Numbered from the stretch's first letter, positions 47,656 through 57,899 are shown. The stretch: DNA of 64,000 bases from an uncultured Gemmatimonadaceae bacterium (GCA_963740355.1 CAVUDW010000003.1:1760001-1824000); one strand, 5' to 3'. Numbers and translations: made by a program. Notes: generated from the sequence alone by a model not told the origin.

Positions 47656-47679
47656 TCACGACGCGGATCACTGCACGCT

Positions 47680-48603
47680 GTGGAATGGATTGTTGCACGA
47701 TGGGTGACCTTCGTTGCCACGATACTGGTGGCGGGGGTCTGCGCGATCGGCCTGGCGGTCATCCCGCGCGCCGCGATTGACGACGTCACACGTCGAGCCA
47801 CAGCGCGTGATGCTGCCCGTGTGGGGATCGGTGCCTGCCTGGCGCTGATCCCCGCGTCGTTCCTGCGCCTCGCGGATCAGGTGATGGCGCTGCAATCGCC
47901 GGGCGACCCGATGTTCACGGGACTAGACGCATTGCTGTCGTCGACCACGTGGGGAACGGGATTTCTTTGGCAATCGGCGGCGATGCTGCTGGCGCTGGCC
48001 GCGCTCGTGGTCGCGTCACGCACACCGCAGGCGACGTGGGTGTGGGTTCTCGCCACGATCGGCGCAGTCGGACTGTGCGCCACTCCGGCCATGCAGGGTC
48101 ATGCCATCGGCAATGAGAACTACACGCTGATTGCGGTGTCCGCCGATGTCGCACATGTGCTGGGCGCCGGCCTGTGGCTGGGTGGCATCGGTGTGATTGG
48201 ATTTCTCGGCGTGACGCTGCCGAATGCCGATGGCGTGGTGGTCCGCGATCGTGGGGCGTTGGCTGATGCACGACTGCGACTGCTCGTGCCGCTGATTCCG
48301 CCGGTCGCCCTCACCGGTGCAGCGCTGCTCCTGGCCAGTGGCGTGATTTCGACGGTACTGGGGCTGCGTGAGCTGAACGAACTATGGACCACCGCGTGGG
48401 GCCGGTACGTCTCGATCAAGGTGGTGTTGGTGGGCTGCATCACGGCGCTCGGCGCGCTGAACTGGCGCAGACTCGGTCGACGGCTCGATGCCCTGACGGG
48501 TGTGAAGGCACTGCGGAAGTCGTTGCTGATCGAGCTCGGGATTGCGGCCCTCGTGCTGATGGTCACGGCGCTGCTGGTCGTGACCGGACTGCCAGGCGAG
48601 TGA
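47680..48603 (+). CDS. copD: Copper resistance protein CopD
   Basis: Multi-TM protein; TTWG, QGHA, HVLGAGLWLGG and WGR...K motifs. Confidence 0.85.
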   Translation: MEWIVARWVTFVATILVAGVCAIGLAVIPRAAIDDVTRRATARDAARVGIGACLALIPASFLRLADQVMALQSPGDPMFTGLDALLSSTTWGTGFLWQSAAMLLALAALVVASRTPQATWVWVLATIGAVGLCATPAMQGHAIGNENYTLIAVSADVAHVLGAGLWLGGIGVIGFLGVTLPNADGVVVRDRGALADARLRLLVPLIPPVALTGAALLLASGVISTVLGLRELNELWTTAWGRYVSIKVVLVGCITALGALNWRRLGRRLDALTGVKALRKSLLIELGIAALVLMVTALLVVTGLPGE

Positions 48604-49299
48604 TCAGCTGATCGATTCGAGTCGGAGCACTTCCGGCTCCGGCGTCCCGTGCCATCGGTACTCGAGGTGTTGGCCCTGCGTGACCGGGAGCAAGACGCGC
48701 GGCCGGTAGATCACCACACACTCTCCTGCCGGGCGCCGCACGCTGTTCCAGACGATGCCGACATCGCCGCGCGCACGACACGACTCACCGAAGGGCTGCG
48801 AGTCGCTGTAGTCGTTCGGATCATAGAGTGAGGCGTTCGTCGATTGCAGGCTGCGAAGGTCAACCAGTCGTGCATCGAGTGCGGTGATGAACTCACGCAT
48901 CGTGATGGTGGCGTCGAATCCCATCTCCGACGCAGCGAGGCGGCGCGTGTGATGATAGACCGTCTCGCTGATCGCGGTTGGCAGGTCGCGCGCGGCGTAC
49001 CATGCGCCAAGCCGCGGACCATTGAAGCGGCCCCCGTCGGGCGCGGCGTGCAGGAAAGCCGCCATCACGATCGTGGCACCGGGCACCCCGACCACCCAGT
49101 CCGGCTCCGCCATGATCGCGCTCCGCTCGAGTGCGATGCGAATGCGATCGTTGGTGAGGCTCTCCAGCTCCATCGCGGCAATCGCATCGCTGGGCGACGC
49201 CACGCGATCGAAGACACCAATGGGTGGAAAGCGCGACGGCACCAATCGATGTGTCCGGCCCCGCACCCGCGCCGATGCCGGCGCGTGCAGCTCGCTCAC
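48604..49299 (-). CDS. RES-domain toxin (NAD+ phosphorylase, MbcT/ParT-like)
   Basis: HRLVPSRFPP, GRFNGP.LGAWYAA, ISETVYH and WNSVR motifs; GTGA overlap with the antitoxin. Confidence 0.9.
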   Translation of the reverse strand: MSELHAPASARVRGRTHRLVPSRFPPIGVFDRVASPSDAIAAMELESLTNDRIRIALERSAIMAEPDWVVGVPGATIVMAAFLHAAPDGGRFNGPRLGAWYAARDLPTAISETVYHHTRRLAASEMGFDATITMREFITALDARLVDLRSLQSTNASLYDPNDYSDSQPFGESCRARGDVGIVWNSVRRPAGECVVIYRPRVLLPVTQGQHLEYRWHGTPEPEVLRLESIS

Positions 49300-49739
49300 G
49301 GCCAACTGCCGCGCCAGGCGTCGAGATATCGCCGCACGGCGTAGAGATCCTCGATCGATCCGCGACGCATCCGTTCGAGCGGTGAGTCTCCCGCAAAGTC
49401 AGGGTCGCGATTGTGTGCCTTCAACCAGCGCACTCCCGTCGCGTCATCGGAGAACAGCAATCGGAGCGCCTTGTAGATGCCGAGCAGCAGGGACAATCGT
49501 TCGAGCTGATCGCGGGACGGCGTGCCGACGTCGCCGAGCTTCCATTTGTGGTACGTCGATTCGGCGATGTCGCCGAGCAGGGTCCGCCGCGTCGCGACCG
49601 GGAGCTGCCACTCGTCGGCGATGGCGAGGAAGGTGCGCATGCCGGCCGCCCCGAGTCGGCGCGCCTCCAGAGGTGCGATGTCGCGTAGCGCGACCGTAGC
49701 GGGTGCGCTCGCGTGCTGGGCTGAAGCAGTTGACTCCAT
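49296..49739 (-). CDS. Xre/MbcA/ParS antitoxin
   Basis: FLAIADEWQL, ERLSLLLGIYKAL, WLKAHN...FAGDSPL and VRRYLDAWRG motifs. Confidence 0.9.
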   Translation of the reverse strand: MESTASAQHASAPATVALRDIAPLEARRLGAAGMRTFLAIADEWQLPVATRRTLLGDIAESTYHKWKLGDVGTPSRDQLERLSLLLGIYKALRLLFSDDATGVRWLKAHNRDPDFAGDSPLERMRRGSIEDLYAVRRYLDAWRGSWP

Positions 49740-49985
49740 GAACGGAGTATTACTCCCGAATCGATGGTAAACAAGGGCCGGCGCACTGGGTAACAGCCGT
49801 TGCAGTGTGGATCGCCGGACACCGATACCTTGGAGCGGCGGCGTGCGTTTGCTAGCCTCGTCACAGCACGGATGCGAACGTGCATTCATGAGCAGGCCAT
49901 CAGCAGCTCCTCCGGACGCAGTCGAGTCTGCTCCTTCGCGTGGGAGCCGTACCCGTGCCCGACGGCACAAGGATCGTGTGTGAGA

Positions 49986-50516
49986 ATGCGCATTTCGTTG
50001 GCCCTGCTGTCGTTGTGCACCGTGGTCGCGTGCTCGAAGAAGGAGCCCGCCGCCAAGGCCGCAGAGGCGTTTCATCCACCGGAAGTCGGTGAAATCGCGC
50101 CCCAGTTCACGGTGGCAACGCTGGGCGGTGATTCGGCGCGCATCGGAGGCTCGGCGAAGCAACAAGTGACCCTGGTGAATGTGTGGGCCACCTGGTGCGG
50201 GCCGTGCAAGGCAGAGTTTCCGGAGCTGCAGGCGCTGCACACGACCTATGGCGCACGTGGGTTGCGCGTGCTCGCGATCTCGATCGACACCGACGATGAC
50301 GCGGCTGTCGCCGCGAGCGCGAAGTCGATGGGCGCCACGTTCACGATCGGTCGCGATCCCAACGACCAGATCCGCGGGCAGTTCGCCGCGGTCGGTATTC
50401 CGGAGAGTTTTCTGGTCTCGTCGGATGGGCATCTCCTGTGGCGGCACTCGGGTGCGATTCCTGCCGGCGACCTGACGGTGCGCAAGGCGGTCGACGGCGC
50501 GCTCGGTGGCAGCTGA
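49986..50516 (+). CDS. TlpA/ResA-like thiol-disulfide oxidoreductase lipoprotein
   Basis: Lipobox VVAC; NVWATWCGPC and GIPESFLV motifs. Confidence 0.92.
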   Translation: MRISLALLSLCTVVACSKKEPAAKAAEAFHPPEVGEIAPQFTVATLGGDSARIGGSAKQQVTLVNVWATWCGPCKAEFPELQALHTTYGARGLRVLAISIDTDDDAAVAASAKSMGATFTIGRDPNDQIRGQFAAVGIPESFLVSSDGHLLWRHSGAIPAGDLTVRKAVDGALGGS

Positions 50517-52481
50517 ATGGACTTGCGCCCCCCGCGCGTGACACCAGTCGCCTTCGAGGCCATCAGCGTCGAAGGCCGCGATCTGTCACGGTTGCTGGCG
50601 GAGACGATCGAGGCAGCCGTGATCACGATCGATCCGGACGGGATCGTCAGTTATGCCTCGAGCTACTTCGAGGAGCTGTTCGGCTTTTCTGTGGCGCGTT
50701 TCGTGGGGACGCACTTCACGTCGCTGATGACGGAGAAGGAGCGGAACATCGCGATGATGCTGCTGGAAAAAATGACGAGCGGCGCGCGCTTCCCGATTGC
50801 AACCTGGCTGCTGCGTCGTGCCGATGGCACGTCGATCTGGGTTGAAACGCGGGTCACGATCATTCGCGACACCGGCGATGCGGTGACGGGCTACATCACC
50901 GTCACGCGTGACATGAGCGAGCGGCGGCTGGCGCAACAGACGCTGTTGCGCACGCGCGCCGACTACGACGCGTTGGTGCGGCGCGCGGTGTACGGCGTCT
51001 ATCGCGCCGAACGCAACCAGCGGGTGCTGGACGCCAACCCGGCGATGCTCGAACTCCTCGGCTACGACACGCGCGAGGAGTTGATGGCGCTCGACCTGGC
51101 GGTGGACGTGTATGCCGATGTGTCGGATCACGAGTGGTTGGTCCGCACGGCACAGAAGGGGGAACTGGATGACTGGGTCGAAGTCACCTGGCGACGCCGC
51201 GACGGTGAACTGATCGACGTCCGACTCTCGCTCCGCATGGTGGAAGACGAGGAGGGCGGTCCGCCGGTGTTCGAAGGCATCGCCGAGGATGTGACGGAAC
51301 GGCATCGTCGCGATGAGCGGCTGCGTCGCAGTGAGCGCATGGCATCGCTGGGCCACATGCTGGCCGGTGTGGCGCACGAGCTGAACAACCCGCTGGCGGC
51401 CATCTCTGGATTCTCCCAGCTGTTGCTACGCGGCACCTGGCCGGCGGACGACCGCAAGGCACTGGAGACGATCGGCCGCGAGGCGCGGCGTGCCGAACGC
51501 GTGGTGCGCGACCTGCTGACCTTCGCCCGTCAAGGCAACGTGACGCGCAGTGAGCTGGTGGACCTGCACGGCGTGATTCGGCACATCGTCGACACGCAGC
51601 GATACGCGCTCGACACACGCGGCGTACGTGTCATACTCGCGCTGGCCGATGAACCGGTCTACGTGCAAGGCGATACGGCGCGGCTGGAACAGGTGATCCT
51701 CAACCTGGTGGTGAACGCCCGTCAGGCGCTGGAAGCGATGCGCGGCGAACGCGCGATGGTGCAGGCTCCGCTCGAGCTCCGCATCAGCACGGAGCTGGAT
51801 CTGAACTATGTGATCGTGAAGGTGGCGGATAACGGCGCGGGCATTTCGCCGTCGCTTCTGGGACGGATCTGGGATCCGTTCTTCACCACGAAGGAGGAAG
51901 GGGTTGGCACTGGGTTGGGGTTGAGCGTGGTGCACAGCATCGTGACCGAGCATGCCGGCGTCGTCGACGTGCACAGCGAGTTGGGGCGTGGCACCGAGTT
52001 CCTCGTGCGCCTGCCGATGGTGGGCGCGCCGGAGGCCGCGGAATCGGACACGATGCGCACGACTGGCGAAGTGGCCGTCCCGCCCGGCGCGGATGGGGTG
52101 CCGATGGGCCGGGCACTCGACATCCTGGTGGTGGACGACGAGGCGGCGATCATCAGCTTCCTCACCCGCTTCCTCACCTCGCGCGGCCACGCGGTGGTCG
52201 GCGCCAGTGACGGGATGCACGCGCTCCGGATCGCCGAGCAGTTCGCCTTCGACGTGGTGGTGTGCGACCTCCACATGCCAGAGATGGATGGGGTGGAATT
52301 GATCCGGCGGATGCGGATGCTGCCCAGCTGCGCGGGAACGCGGTACGTGCTGAGCTCCGGCGATGGCCCGGGGTCGCCGATGATGGGCAAGGCCGAGGCG
52401 CTGGGGGTGGACGGGCTGCTGGCCAAGCCGTACACGATCGACCAGTTGGTCGCCGTGGTCGAGGGCACACCGGCGCCATGA
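50517..52481 (+). CDS. Cytoplasmic PAS-PAS hybrid sensor histidine kinase
   Basis: Two PAS domains; AHELNNPL, NLVVNA, DNGAG, FFTTK and GTGLGL; C-terminal receiver VDDE...CDLHMP...KP. Confidence 0.93.
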   Translation: MDLRPPRVTPVAFEAISVEGRDLSRLLAETIEAAVITIDPDGIVSYASSYFEELFGFSVARFVGTHFTSLMTEKERNIAMMLLEKMTSGARFPIATWLLRRADGTSIWVETRVTIIRDTGDAVTGYITVTRDMSERRLAQQTLLRTRADYDALVRRAVYGVYRAERNQRVLDANPAMLELLGYDTREELMALDLAVDVYADVSDHEWLVRTAQKGELDDWVEVTWRRRDGELIDVRLSLRMVEDEEGGPPVFEGIAEDVTERHRRDERLRRSERMASLGHMLAGVAHELNNPLAAISGFSQLLLRGTWPADDRKALETIGREARRAERVVRDLLTFARQGNVTRSELVDLHGVIRHIVDTQRYALDTRGVRVILALADEPVYVQGDTARLEQVILNLVVNARQALEAMRGERAMVQAPLELRISTELDLNYVIVKVADNGAGISPSLLGRIWDPFFTTKEEGVGTGLGLSVVHSIVTEHAGVVDVHSELGRGTEFLVRLPMVGAPEAAESDTMRTTGEVAVPPGADGVPMGRALDILVVDDEAAIISFLTRFLTSRGHAVVGASDGMHALRIAEQFAFDVVVCDLHMPEMDGVELIRRMRMLPSCAGTRYVLSSGDGPGSPMMGKAEALGVDGLLAKPYTIDQLVAVVEGTPAP

Positions 52482-52582
52482 AATCGGCGGCGGCAGGGCA
52501 CACGCTGCTTCCCGACCATGTTATTGTTGTCTCAGCCGGTGGATAGGCCCCGGTTTCCCGTCGCACGAGGAGCTTTCGCCCG

Positions 52583-52807
52583 ATGGCCAGTCAGTCCGAA
52601 GGACGTCACGTCCCGATTACTCCGACCAAGGAAGGGTGGCCGTACGCCATCCTGACGACGGTCGTCGCTGTTGCGCTGTGGTTTGGTGCCTGGAGCATCC
52701 ACAAGGCGACGTATCGCGACCCGACCGATCCGATGTTCCACGCCAAGGGTTCACTGCCCCACACGTCGACGGTGAAGCCCGCCGCAGCGGCTCCGGCCGA
52801 GCACTAG
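52583..52807 (+). CDS. Small single-TM hypothetical protein
   Basis: GAGGAG RBS, one hydrophobic helix, followed by a terminator. Confidence 0.7.
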   Translation: MASQSEGRHVPITPTKEGWPYAILTTVVAVALWFGAWSIHKATYRDPTDPMFHAKGSLPHTSTVKPAAAAPAEH

Positions 52808-52827
52808 GCGCGGTTGGTACGAACGAA

Positions 52828-52860
52828 AAGCGGCGCACACCTTCGTGGTGTGCGCCGCTT
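52828..52860. terminator. Intrinsic terminator hairpin
   Basis: 14-bp stem AAGCGGCGCACACC/GGTGTGCGCCGCTT. Confidence 0.75.
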
Positions 52861-52903
52861 CGTCGTTTGCGGCGTTCGACGCGACCGAAAGACTGAACTG
52901 CAG

Positions 52904-53076
52904 AACTGCAATGGAGCGGAGCACACGGAGCTCACGGAGTGCTCCAGTTGCAGCGGACGGAGCAGCGCGGACCACCGCTCTGCTTTTGCTCAATACGACA
53001 ACCAATGAGCGGGCGGGCACAGGAGGTTGCCCTGGGCGCACTCCGTGAGCTCCGTGGCCTCCCCCTCAATGCAGTT
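52904..53076. repeat. Non-coding inverted-repeat element
   Basis: Perfect 19-bp inverted repeat CACGGAGCTCACGGAGTGC (52924-52942 / 53038-53056), extended by AACTGCA/TGCAGTT ends. Confidence 0.8.
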
Positions 53077-53126
53077 GAAAACGACGAGCGTGCGCGAGTG
53101 CTGGCGTCGCGCGCCAACGCCTCGTG

Positions 53127-54197
53127 CTAAAGCCGCGCGCGGATCGCGACGCCGCCGGAGCCGGTTTCGATGGAGATGCGCGAGCGACCATCACCGATGC
53201 GGGCGGAGAGCTCGCCCTCGGAGCGACGCACGCCGACCAGTGGCAGATCGCTGCGAATGCCACCGGAGCCGGTGCTGATCTCGAGTTCGGCGCCGAAGTT
53301 CGATGGGGCAATGAGCGTCACCGAACCGCTGCCAGTGTCGACGTGCAGGGAGCCTGCAGCGGCGGTGGGCGCGACTTCCACCGAACCGCTCCCGGTGTCC
53401 AGTGACATGACCGGCGCCTCGATATTGCGCGCCGTGACCCGTCCCGAGCCGGTTTCCACCTTGAGGGTGGCGGAGGCCGAGCAGTCGTCCACGATCACGG
53501 AACCACTGCCGGTGTCGAGCGAGACGTTGCGGGCGCCGGTGACATCCGAGACTTCGACGTCGCCGCTCCCGGTATCGATCGACAGGTCGCCGGCATGGCG
53601 CTTGACCTCGACCGAGCCGGATCCAGTGTCGATATCGAGTGGGCCACGGGTGGCGGCGGTGTGCACGCTGCCGGAATAGGTGTCGATGGTGAGACCACGC
53701 GACGTGCCACCTGCTTCGACGTCGCCGACCGCGAGATGCAGGTCGAGCGCGACGGAGGCCGGTACCCGAATGACCAGGTCGGCCGACGCTTCGAAGTCCG
53801 CATCGCTCGAGATCTGCATGCGCCGACCGCCGGTGACCTTGTTGCCGAAGCGGCCGTCGTCACGCATCCGGAAGGAGCTCGACGATCGACCGCGACGTCG
53901 GCGATCGGTCGCAGCTGGGCGAATGTCGTCCACGGGATAGAAGATGCGGAGCGTCTGCTCCCCGTCGATCAGGCCCGTTTGTGCAATCATCTTGCCTGCG
54001 TCGGCACCGCGAGGCGTGATCACGACTTCGACCTCGCTCGACGTGCCCTGCTCGATGTGGGCCGCGCCGGTCAGGTTCCAGATCGCGACACGTCCGTTGG
54101 CGGGCGTGAGGCGAACGGTTTGCTGCGCGGAGAGGGCGGCGATCGGTGTCGCGAGAATCGCGAGAACGACGGCACCTGTGAGTCTCGGGCTTGGCAT
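53127..54197 (-). CDS. DUF4097 family beta-strand repeat protein
   Basis: Signal peptide; many (I/L/V)(D/E)TGSG repeats. Confidence 0.88.
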   Translation of the reverse strand: MPSPRLTGAVVLAILATPIAALSAQQTVRLTPANGRVAIWNLTGAAHIEQGTSSEVEVVITPRGADAGKMIAQTGLIDGEQTLRIFYPVDDIRPAATDRRRRGRSSSSFRMRDDGRFGNKVTGGRRMQISSDADFEASADLVIRVPASVALDLHLAVGDVEAGGTSRGLTIDTYSGSVHTAATRGPLDIDTGSGSVEVKRHAGDLSIDTGSGDVEVSDVTGARNVSLDTGSGSVIVDDCSASATLKVETGSGRVTARNIEAPVMSLDTGSGSVEVAPTAAAGSLHVDTGSGSVTLIAPSNFGAELEISTGSGGIRSDLPLVGVRRSEGELSARIGDGRSRISIETGSGGVAIRARL

Positions 54198-54303
54198 CGC
54201 GGCAGCTCCTGTCGAGTGGCGTGGGGATGGTCGCCGTACGGCAGTCACCCCGGGACGGGTTTCACCGGTTGGCAGATTGCCGCCGCGGCGTGAGCTTGCT
54301 GAC

Positions 54304-55059
54304 ATGAGCGCGAACGCTGAGGGCGAAACGTCGGAGGCAGCATCACCACAGGTGGTGCCGGGCTATGCCGTGACGAGTGTGACACCCAACGATCAGTCGG
54401 CGGTTGCCGCCGCGATGCTGATCGCACTGCTCGCCCAGGACGGGGCGAACGTGGCAGCGATGGTCCCGGTCGAAACCGGCGTGGACGATCCCTGTGAGCC
54501 TGGGAGTTGCGGCGCGCTGGTGCGCTGGGCCGCCGCCCATCTCGACGATCCGCGGTTGGTCACGCCGTTCGCGCTGGCAGCCAACCAGGCGCCGATGCAC
54601 GCGGCCGATGCGTCGGGGACGCTGCTGCACAGCGCCGCCTTCGATCGGGCCCGCGAGGCCCTCTGTGACGGCCGGTCGATGCTGGTGGTCGCGGATGCCG
54701 TGGGGCTGCTCGACCCGATCACGCCGTCGCTCACGATGCTCGACCTGCTCGACCGCTGGCAGCTGGACGCCGTGATCGTGGAGCCAGTTTCGCGATGGGC
54801 CATTGGGCACGTAAACCTGCTCGCGAAGCTTTTACTGTCGAGAAACCTGTCGATTGCCGGCGTGATGCTGTCTCCAAAACTCCCGGATGACGAGACGGAT
54901 GATGACGCCATCGCCGCGATGCAGGAGACGCTGGCGGCCACGCTCGCGTGCCCCGTCATCCTGATGCCACGTGTGCTCGCCATTCACGATCGCGGCGAAC
55001 TCCTGACGGCGGCGCAGGCCTGCGGACTGCATCGTCTGCTACGGCGTTCCCCTACCTGA
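54304..55059 (+). CDS. Dethiobiotin synthase-like protein with degenerate catalytic motifs
   Basis: PVETG, AP..AA, GLLDPI and IGH recognisable as BioD; P-loop GKT absent. Confidence 0.75.
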   Translation: MSANAEGETSEAASPQVVPGYAVTSVTPNDQSAVAAAMLIALLAQDGANVAAMVPVETGVDDPCEPGSCGALVRWAAAHLDDPRLVTPFALAANQAPMHAADASGTLLHSAAFDRAREALCDGRSMLVVADAVGLLDPITPSLTMLDLLDRWQLDAVIVEPVSRWAIGHVNLLAKLLLSRNLSIAGVMLSPKLPDDETDDDAIAAMQETLAATLACPVILMPRVLAIHDRGELLTAAQACGLHRLLRRSPT

Positions 55060-55079
55060 ATTTCCCGCTCCAACCCTGC

Positions 55080-55721
55080 ATGTCGAATATTGCCCACCTC
55101 CGGCGCGACTACGCGCTTGCTTCACTGGATCTGGCCGACGTCGTGGCCGACCCGATCGAACAGTTCCGGCGCTGGTTCGACAACGCCACCGAGGCCAAGG
55201 TCCCGGAGCCGAACGCCATGACGCTGGCCACGGTCGGTGGTGACGGCGCCCCGGACGCCCGCATCGTGCTGCTGAAGGGCGTGGACGATCGTGGGTTCAC
55301 CTTCTTCACCGACTACCGCAGCCAGAAGGGCCAGGACCTGCTGGCGCACCCACAGGCGGCGCTGGTCTTCTTCTGGGTGGAGCTGGAACGACAGGTCCGC
55401 ATCCGCGGTCAGGTCACACAACTCGCGGCCGATGAGTCGCGGACCTACTACGACTCGCGCCCTCGCGGCAGCCGGATCGGCGCCTGGGCGAGCACGCAGA
55501 GCAGCGTGATCCCTGATCGCGCAGTGCTCGAGGAACGGGTGCGCGACGTCGAGGCGCGATTCCCCGGCGAGACGGCGCCACCGCTTCCGCCGCACTGGGG
55601 TGGCTATCTGGTCGCCCCCGCACAGATCGAGTTCTGGCAGGGCCGACAGAGCCGATTGCACGACCGGATTCGGTATCGGCGTGAATCACACGGGTGGTCG
55701 CTGGAGCGGCTTTCGCCGTAA
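55080..55721 (+). CDS. pdxH: Pyridoxamine 5'-phosphate oxidase
   Basis: [39 protein letters not shown] and RLSP motifs. Confidence 0.96.
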   Translation: MSNIAHLRRDYALASLDLADVVADPIEQFRRWFDNATEAKVPEPNAMTLATVGGDGAPDARIVLLKGVDDRGFTFFTDYRSQKGQDLLAHPQAALVFFWVELERQVRIRGQVTQLAADESRTYYDSRPRGSRIGAWASTQSSVIPDRAVLEERVRDVEARFPGETAPPLPPHWGGYLVAPAQIEFWQGRQSRLHDRIRYRRESHGWSLERLSP

Positions 55722-55806
55722 GGTCGAACACGAGCGCCGTGCTCCGCGTGTGCGAGACGATGCGCGCCGGATGAAACCGGGCCACAGGTGAGTTCATTCG
55801 CACGGC

Positions 55807-56553
55807 ATGACATCCCCGGTTCATCTCATCCTCGGTGCCACTGGTGGCATCGGGTCGACACTCGCCCGCCAGCTGGCCGCCACCGGCGCCCGACTGGTGC
55901 TCGCCGCACGCAAGGCTGACCAGCTCGAGGCGCTCGGCGCGGAGCTTGGTGCGAACACTGTCGTCATCGACGCCACCGTACCCGCCGACATCGAGCGCGC
56001 CGTCGAGACGGCGGTGCAAACCTTCGGTCGCCTCGATGGTGCGACCAACTGTGTGGGATCGCTGCTGCTGAAACCGGCGCATCTGACGCGGCCCGAGGAA
56101 TTCGACGACGTGCTGAGCATCAACCTGCGCTCGGCGTTCTCGCTGGTGCGCTCGGCCACGCGCGTGATGATGAACAACACCGAACCGACGGGCGGCAGCA
56201 TCGTGCTGGTCGCTTCGGCGGCGGCCCGTATCGGGCTGGCGAACCATGAAGCGATTGCCGCGGCCAAGGGCGGCGTGATCAGCCTGACCTTGTCGGCGGC
56301 GGCCAGCTACGCCGCGAAAAACGTTCGCGTGAATTGTGTCGCGCCGGGACTGGTGCGCACACCGCTCACCGCGCGGATCACGGGCAGCGCCGCTGGCGAA
56401 CAGTCGTCACTGGCCATGCATGCACTTGGCCGTCTGGGTGAACCGGGCGACGTCGCGCGTGCGATTGCGTTCCTGCTCGATCCACAGAACGCGTGGATCA
56501 CCGGCCAGACGCTTGGTGTGGACGGTGGGCTCGGTACGGTGCGCAGTCGCTGA
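55807..56553 (+). CDS. SDR family oxidoreductase
   Basis: GATGGIG, RVNCVAPG and ITGQ.LGVDGG; YxxxK appears as IAAAK. Confidence 0.9.
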   Translation: MTSPVHLILGATGGIGSTLARQLAATGARLVLAARKADQLEALGAELGANTVVIDATVPADIERAVETAVQTFGRLDGATNCVGSLLLKPAHLTRPEEFDDVLSINLRSAFSLVRSATRVMMNNTEPTGGSIVLVASAAARIGLANHEAIAAAKGGVISLTLSAAASYAAKNVRVNCVAPGLVRTPLTARITGSAAGEQSSLAMHALGRLGEPGDVARAIAFLLDPQNAWITGQTLGVDGGLGTVRSR

Positions 56554-56568
56554 TTGCGCCGGTGCAGT

Positions 56569-56934
56569 TCAGAGGTCGAGCAAGCGGTGTGCGGCCGCCG
56601 AGGCGTGCCATTCACGAGCTGTTGGCGTGAGCATGCCGGCGAGGCCCGCAACGATCGCCGTGATCCCGAAGATGTACGGTGCACCTGGCGCCATCTCGGG
56701 CCAGGTGAGCAACACGCCGACCATCAGCGGTGCGATGGCGGCGAGTGAGGTGAGGAACAGCGCAGTGCGCGAATAGCGCTTCACGCGGAAACAGGCGACC
56801 GCACACATCGGCAGTGCGAGGAACAGCGCCGCAATGGCGCCAGCGCCACCGAAAATCGAGGTGATGGCGAAGAAGGTACCGGTGACGGCGATGGCGCTCA
56901 GCGAGGCGATCACGATCCTCGGCGGGCGCGTCAT
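56569..56934 (-). CDS. Small hypothetical membrane protein
   Basis: Four hydrophobic segments; ATGA overlap with the upstream gene. Confidence 0.6.
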   Translation of the reverse strand: MTRPPRIVIASLSAIAVTGTFFAITSIFGGAGAIAALFLALPMCAVACFRVKRYSRTALFLTSLAAIAPLMVGVLLTWPEMAPGAPYIFGITAIVAGLAGMLTPTAREWHASAAAHRLLDL

Positions 56935-57899
56935 TTCAGTCGGTCGAGAGACACTTGGGCATCTCGCATGTTGGGGTTGCTGCGCAGCGCGAGCTGGTAC
57001 TCGACGCGTGCCTCCGGCTTCTTGCCCTGCCGCTCGAGAATCTGTGCGAGGCGGTAGTGCGCGTTCGCGACGGGCGGATCGTTCGGGCCCCGCTGCCCGC
57101 GCAGATACTGCCTGAGTGCCTGTTCACCACGGTCCATCTGCTGTCCGGTGACGGCCGCCGTTCGCCCGAGGCTGAAGAGCGCGAACATCGGGTTCGTCCC
57201 CCGTGCCTGCCAGCGGGTGATCGTCGCAAATGCATCGCGCACACGCTGCGCATCGGCCTGCATGGCCGAGAGGTTCGCCCAGCCAAGCACACTGTCGGGG
57301 AACTGTGTGGTGGCCTGCAGCAGGAGCTTCTCGACCTCGATGTTGTCGTGCGTCGTGTTCGCCACGGCGATCTGCGCCGAGAGCCCGCGGAAGGCATCGA
57401 CCTTGCCGATCGCGAGTGCCTGTTCGAGCGCCTTCGTCTTGTCGCCACCGCTGCTCGCCGGCGCCGCGAGCAGGTACTGCATCAGCCCTTCACGTGCATC
57501 GATGTTCGCACCATCGAGTCGAATGGCGGTGGCGTATGCGTCCCGAATGACAGGCGCGAGCCGCACCTTGGTCGCAGGGTCGCCAATACGCGCGAGCTGC
57601 CCGTTGATGTTGCCCACCCAGTAGTAGGCGATGCTGCTGCGCGGGTTGCCCTTCACTGCGGCATCGAAGTGCACGGCGGCGCTATCCCACTTGGCGGCCA
57701 TCACATCGAGACAGCCGGCCGCGAACAGTGCGACGGGCGATGTCCGATTCGCCACCATCAGACGCTGAATCGCGACCCGATCGGTGGCACTGCCGTTGAT
57801 CGCGCGTTCACACGTCTTGCCGTCGGCGAGCGTCTGCGCTTGCACCTGGACGGTGAGAGCGGCGAGTGCGAAAAGCGGCAGCGCGTGGCGCAGTGACAT
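56931..57899 (-). CDS. Exported TPR-repeat protein
   Basis: Signal peptide; AYYWVG and AHYRLAQI...AL..NP TPR-like repeats. Confidence 0.8.
   Translation of the reverse strand: MSLRHALPLFALAALTVQVQAQTLADGKTCERAINGSATDRVAIQRLMVANRTSPVALFAAGCLDVMAAKWDSAAVHFDAAVKGNPRSSIAYYWVGNINGQLARIGDPATKVRLAPVIRDAYATAIRLDGANIDAREGLMQYLLAAPASSGGDKTKALEQALAIGKVDAFRGLSAQIAVANTTHDNIEVEKLLLQATTQFPDSVLGWANLSAMQADAQRVRDAFATITRWQARGTNPMFALFSLGRTAAVTGQQMDRGEQALRQYLRGQRGPNDPPVANAHYRLAQILERQGKKPEARVEYQLALRSNPNMRDAQVSLDRLK

Noticed and set aside
48604..49739. Toxin-antitoxin pair as marker of a genomic island or prophage
   Set aside because: No integrase, tRNA, att repeats or evident compositional shift around it
53127..53700. 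Repetitive DNA (CCGGT/GTCGA-rich periodicity)
   Set aside because: Explained by the coding TGSG beta-repeats of the DUF4097 protein
56240..56270. SDR lacking the catalytic Tyr as a novel pseudoenzyme
   Set aside because: H-x-x-I-A-A-A-K variants are, to my knowledge, a recurring SDR subfamily; weak novelty
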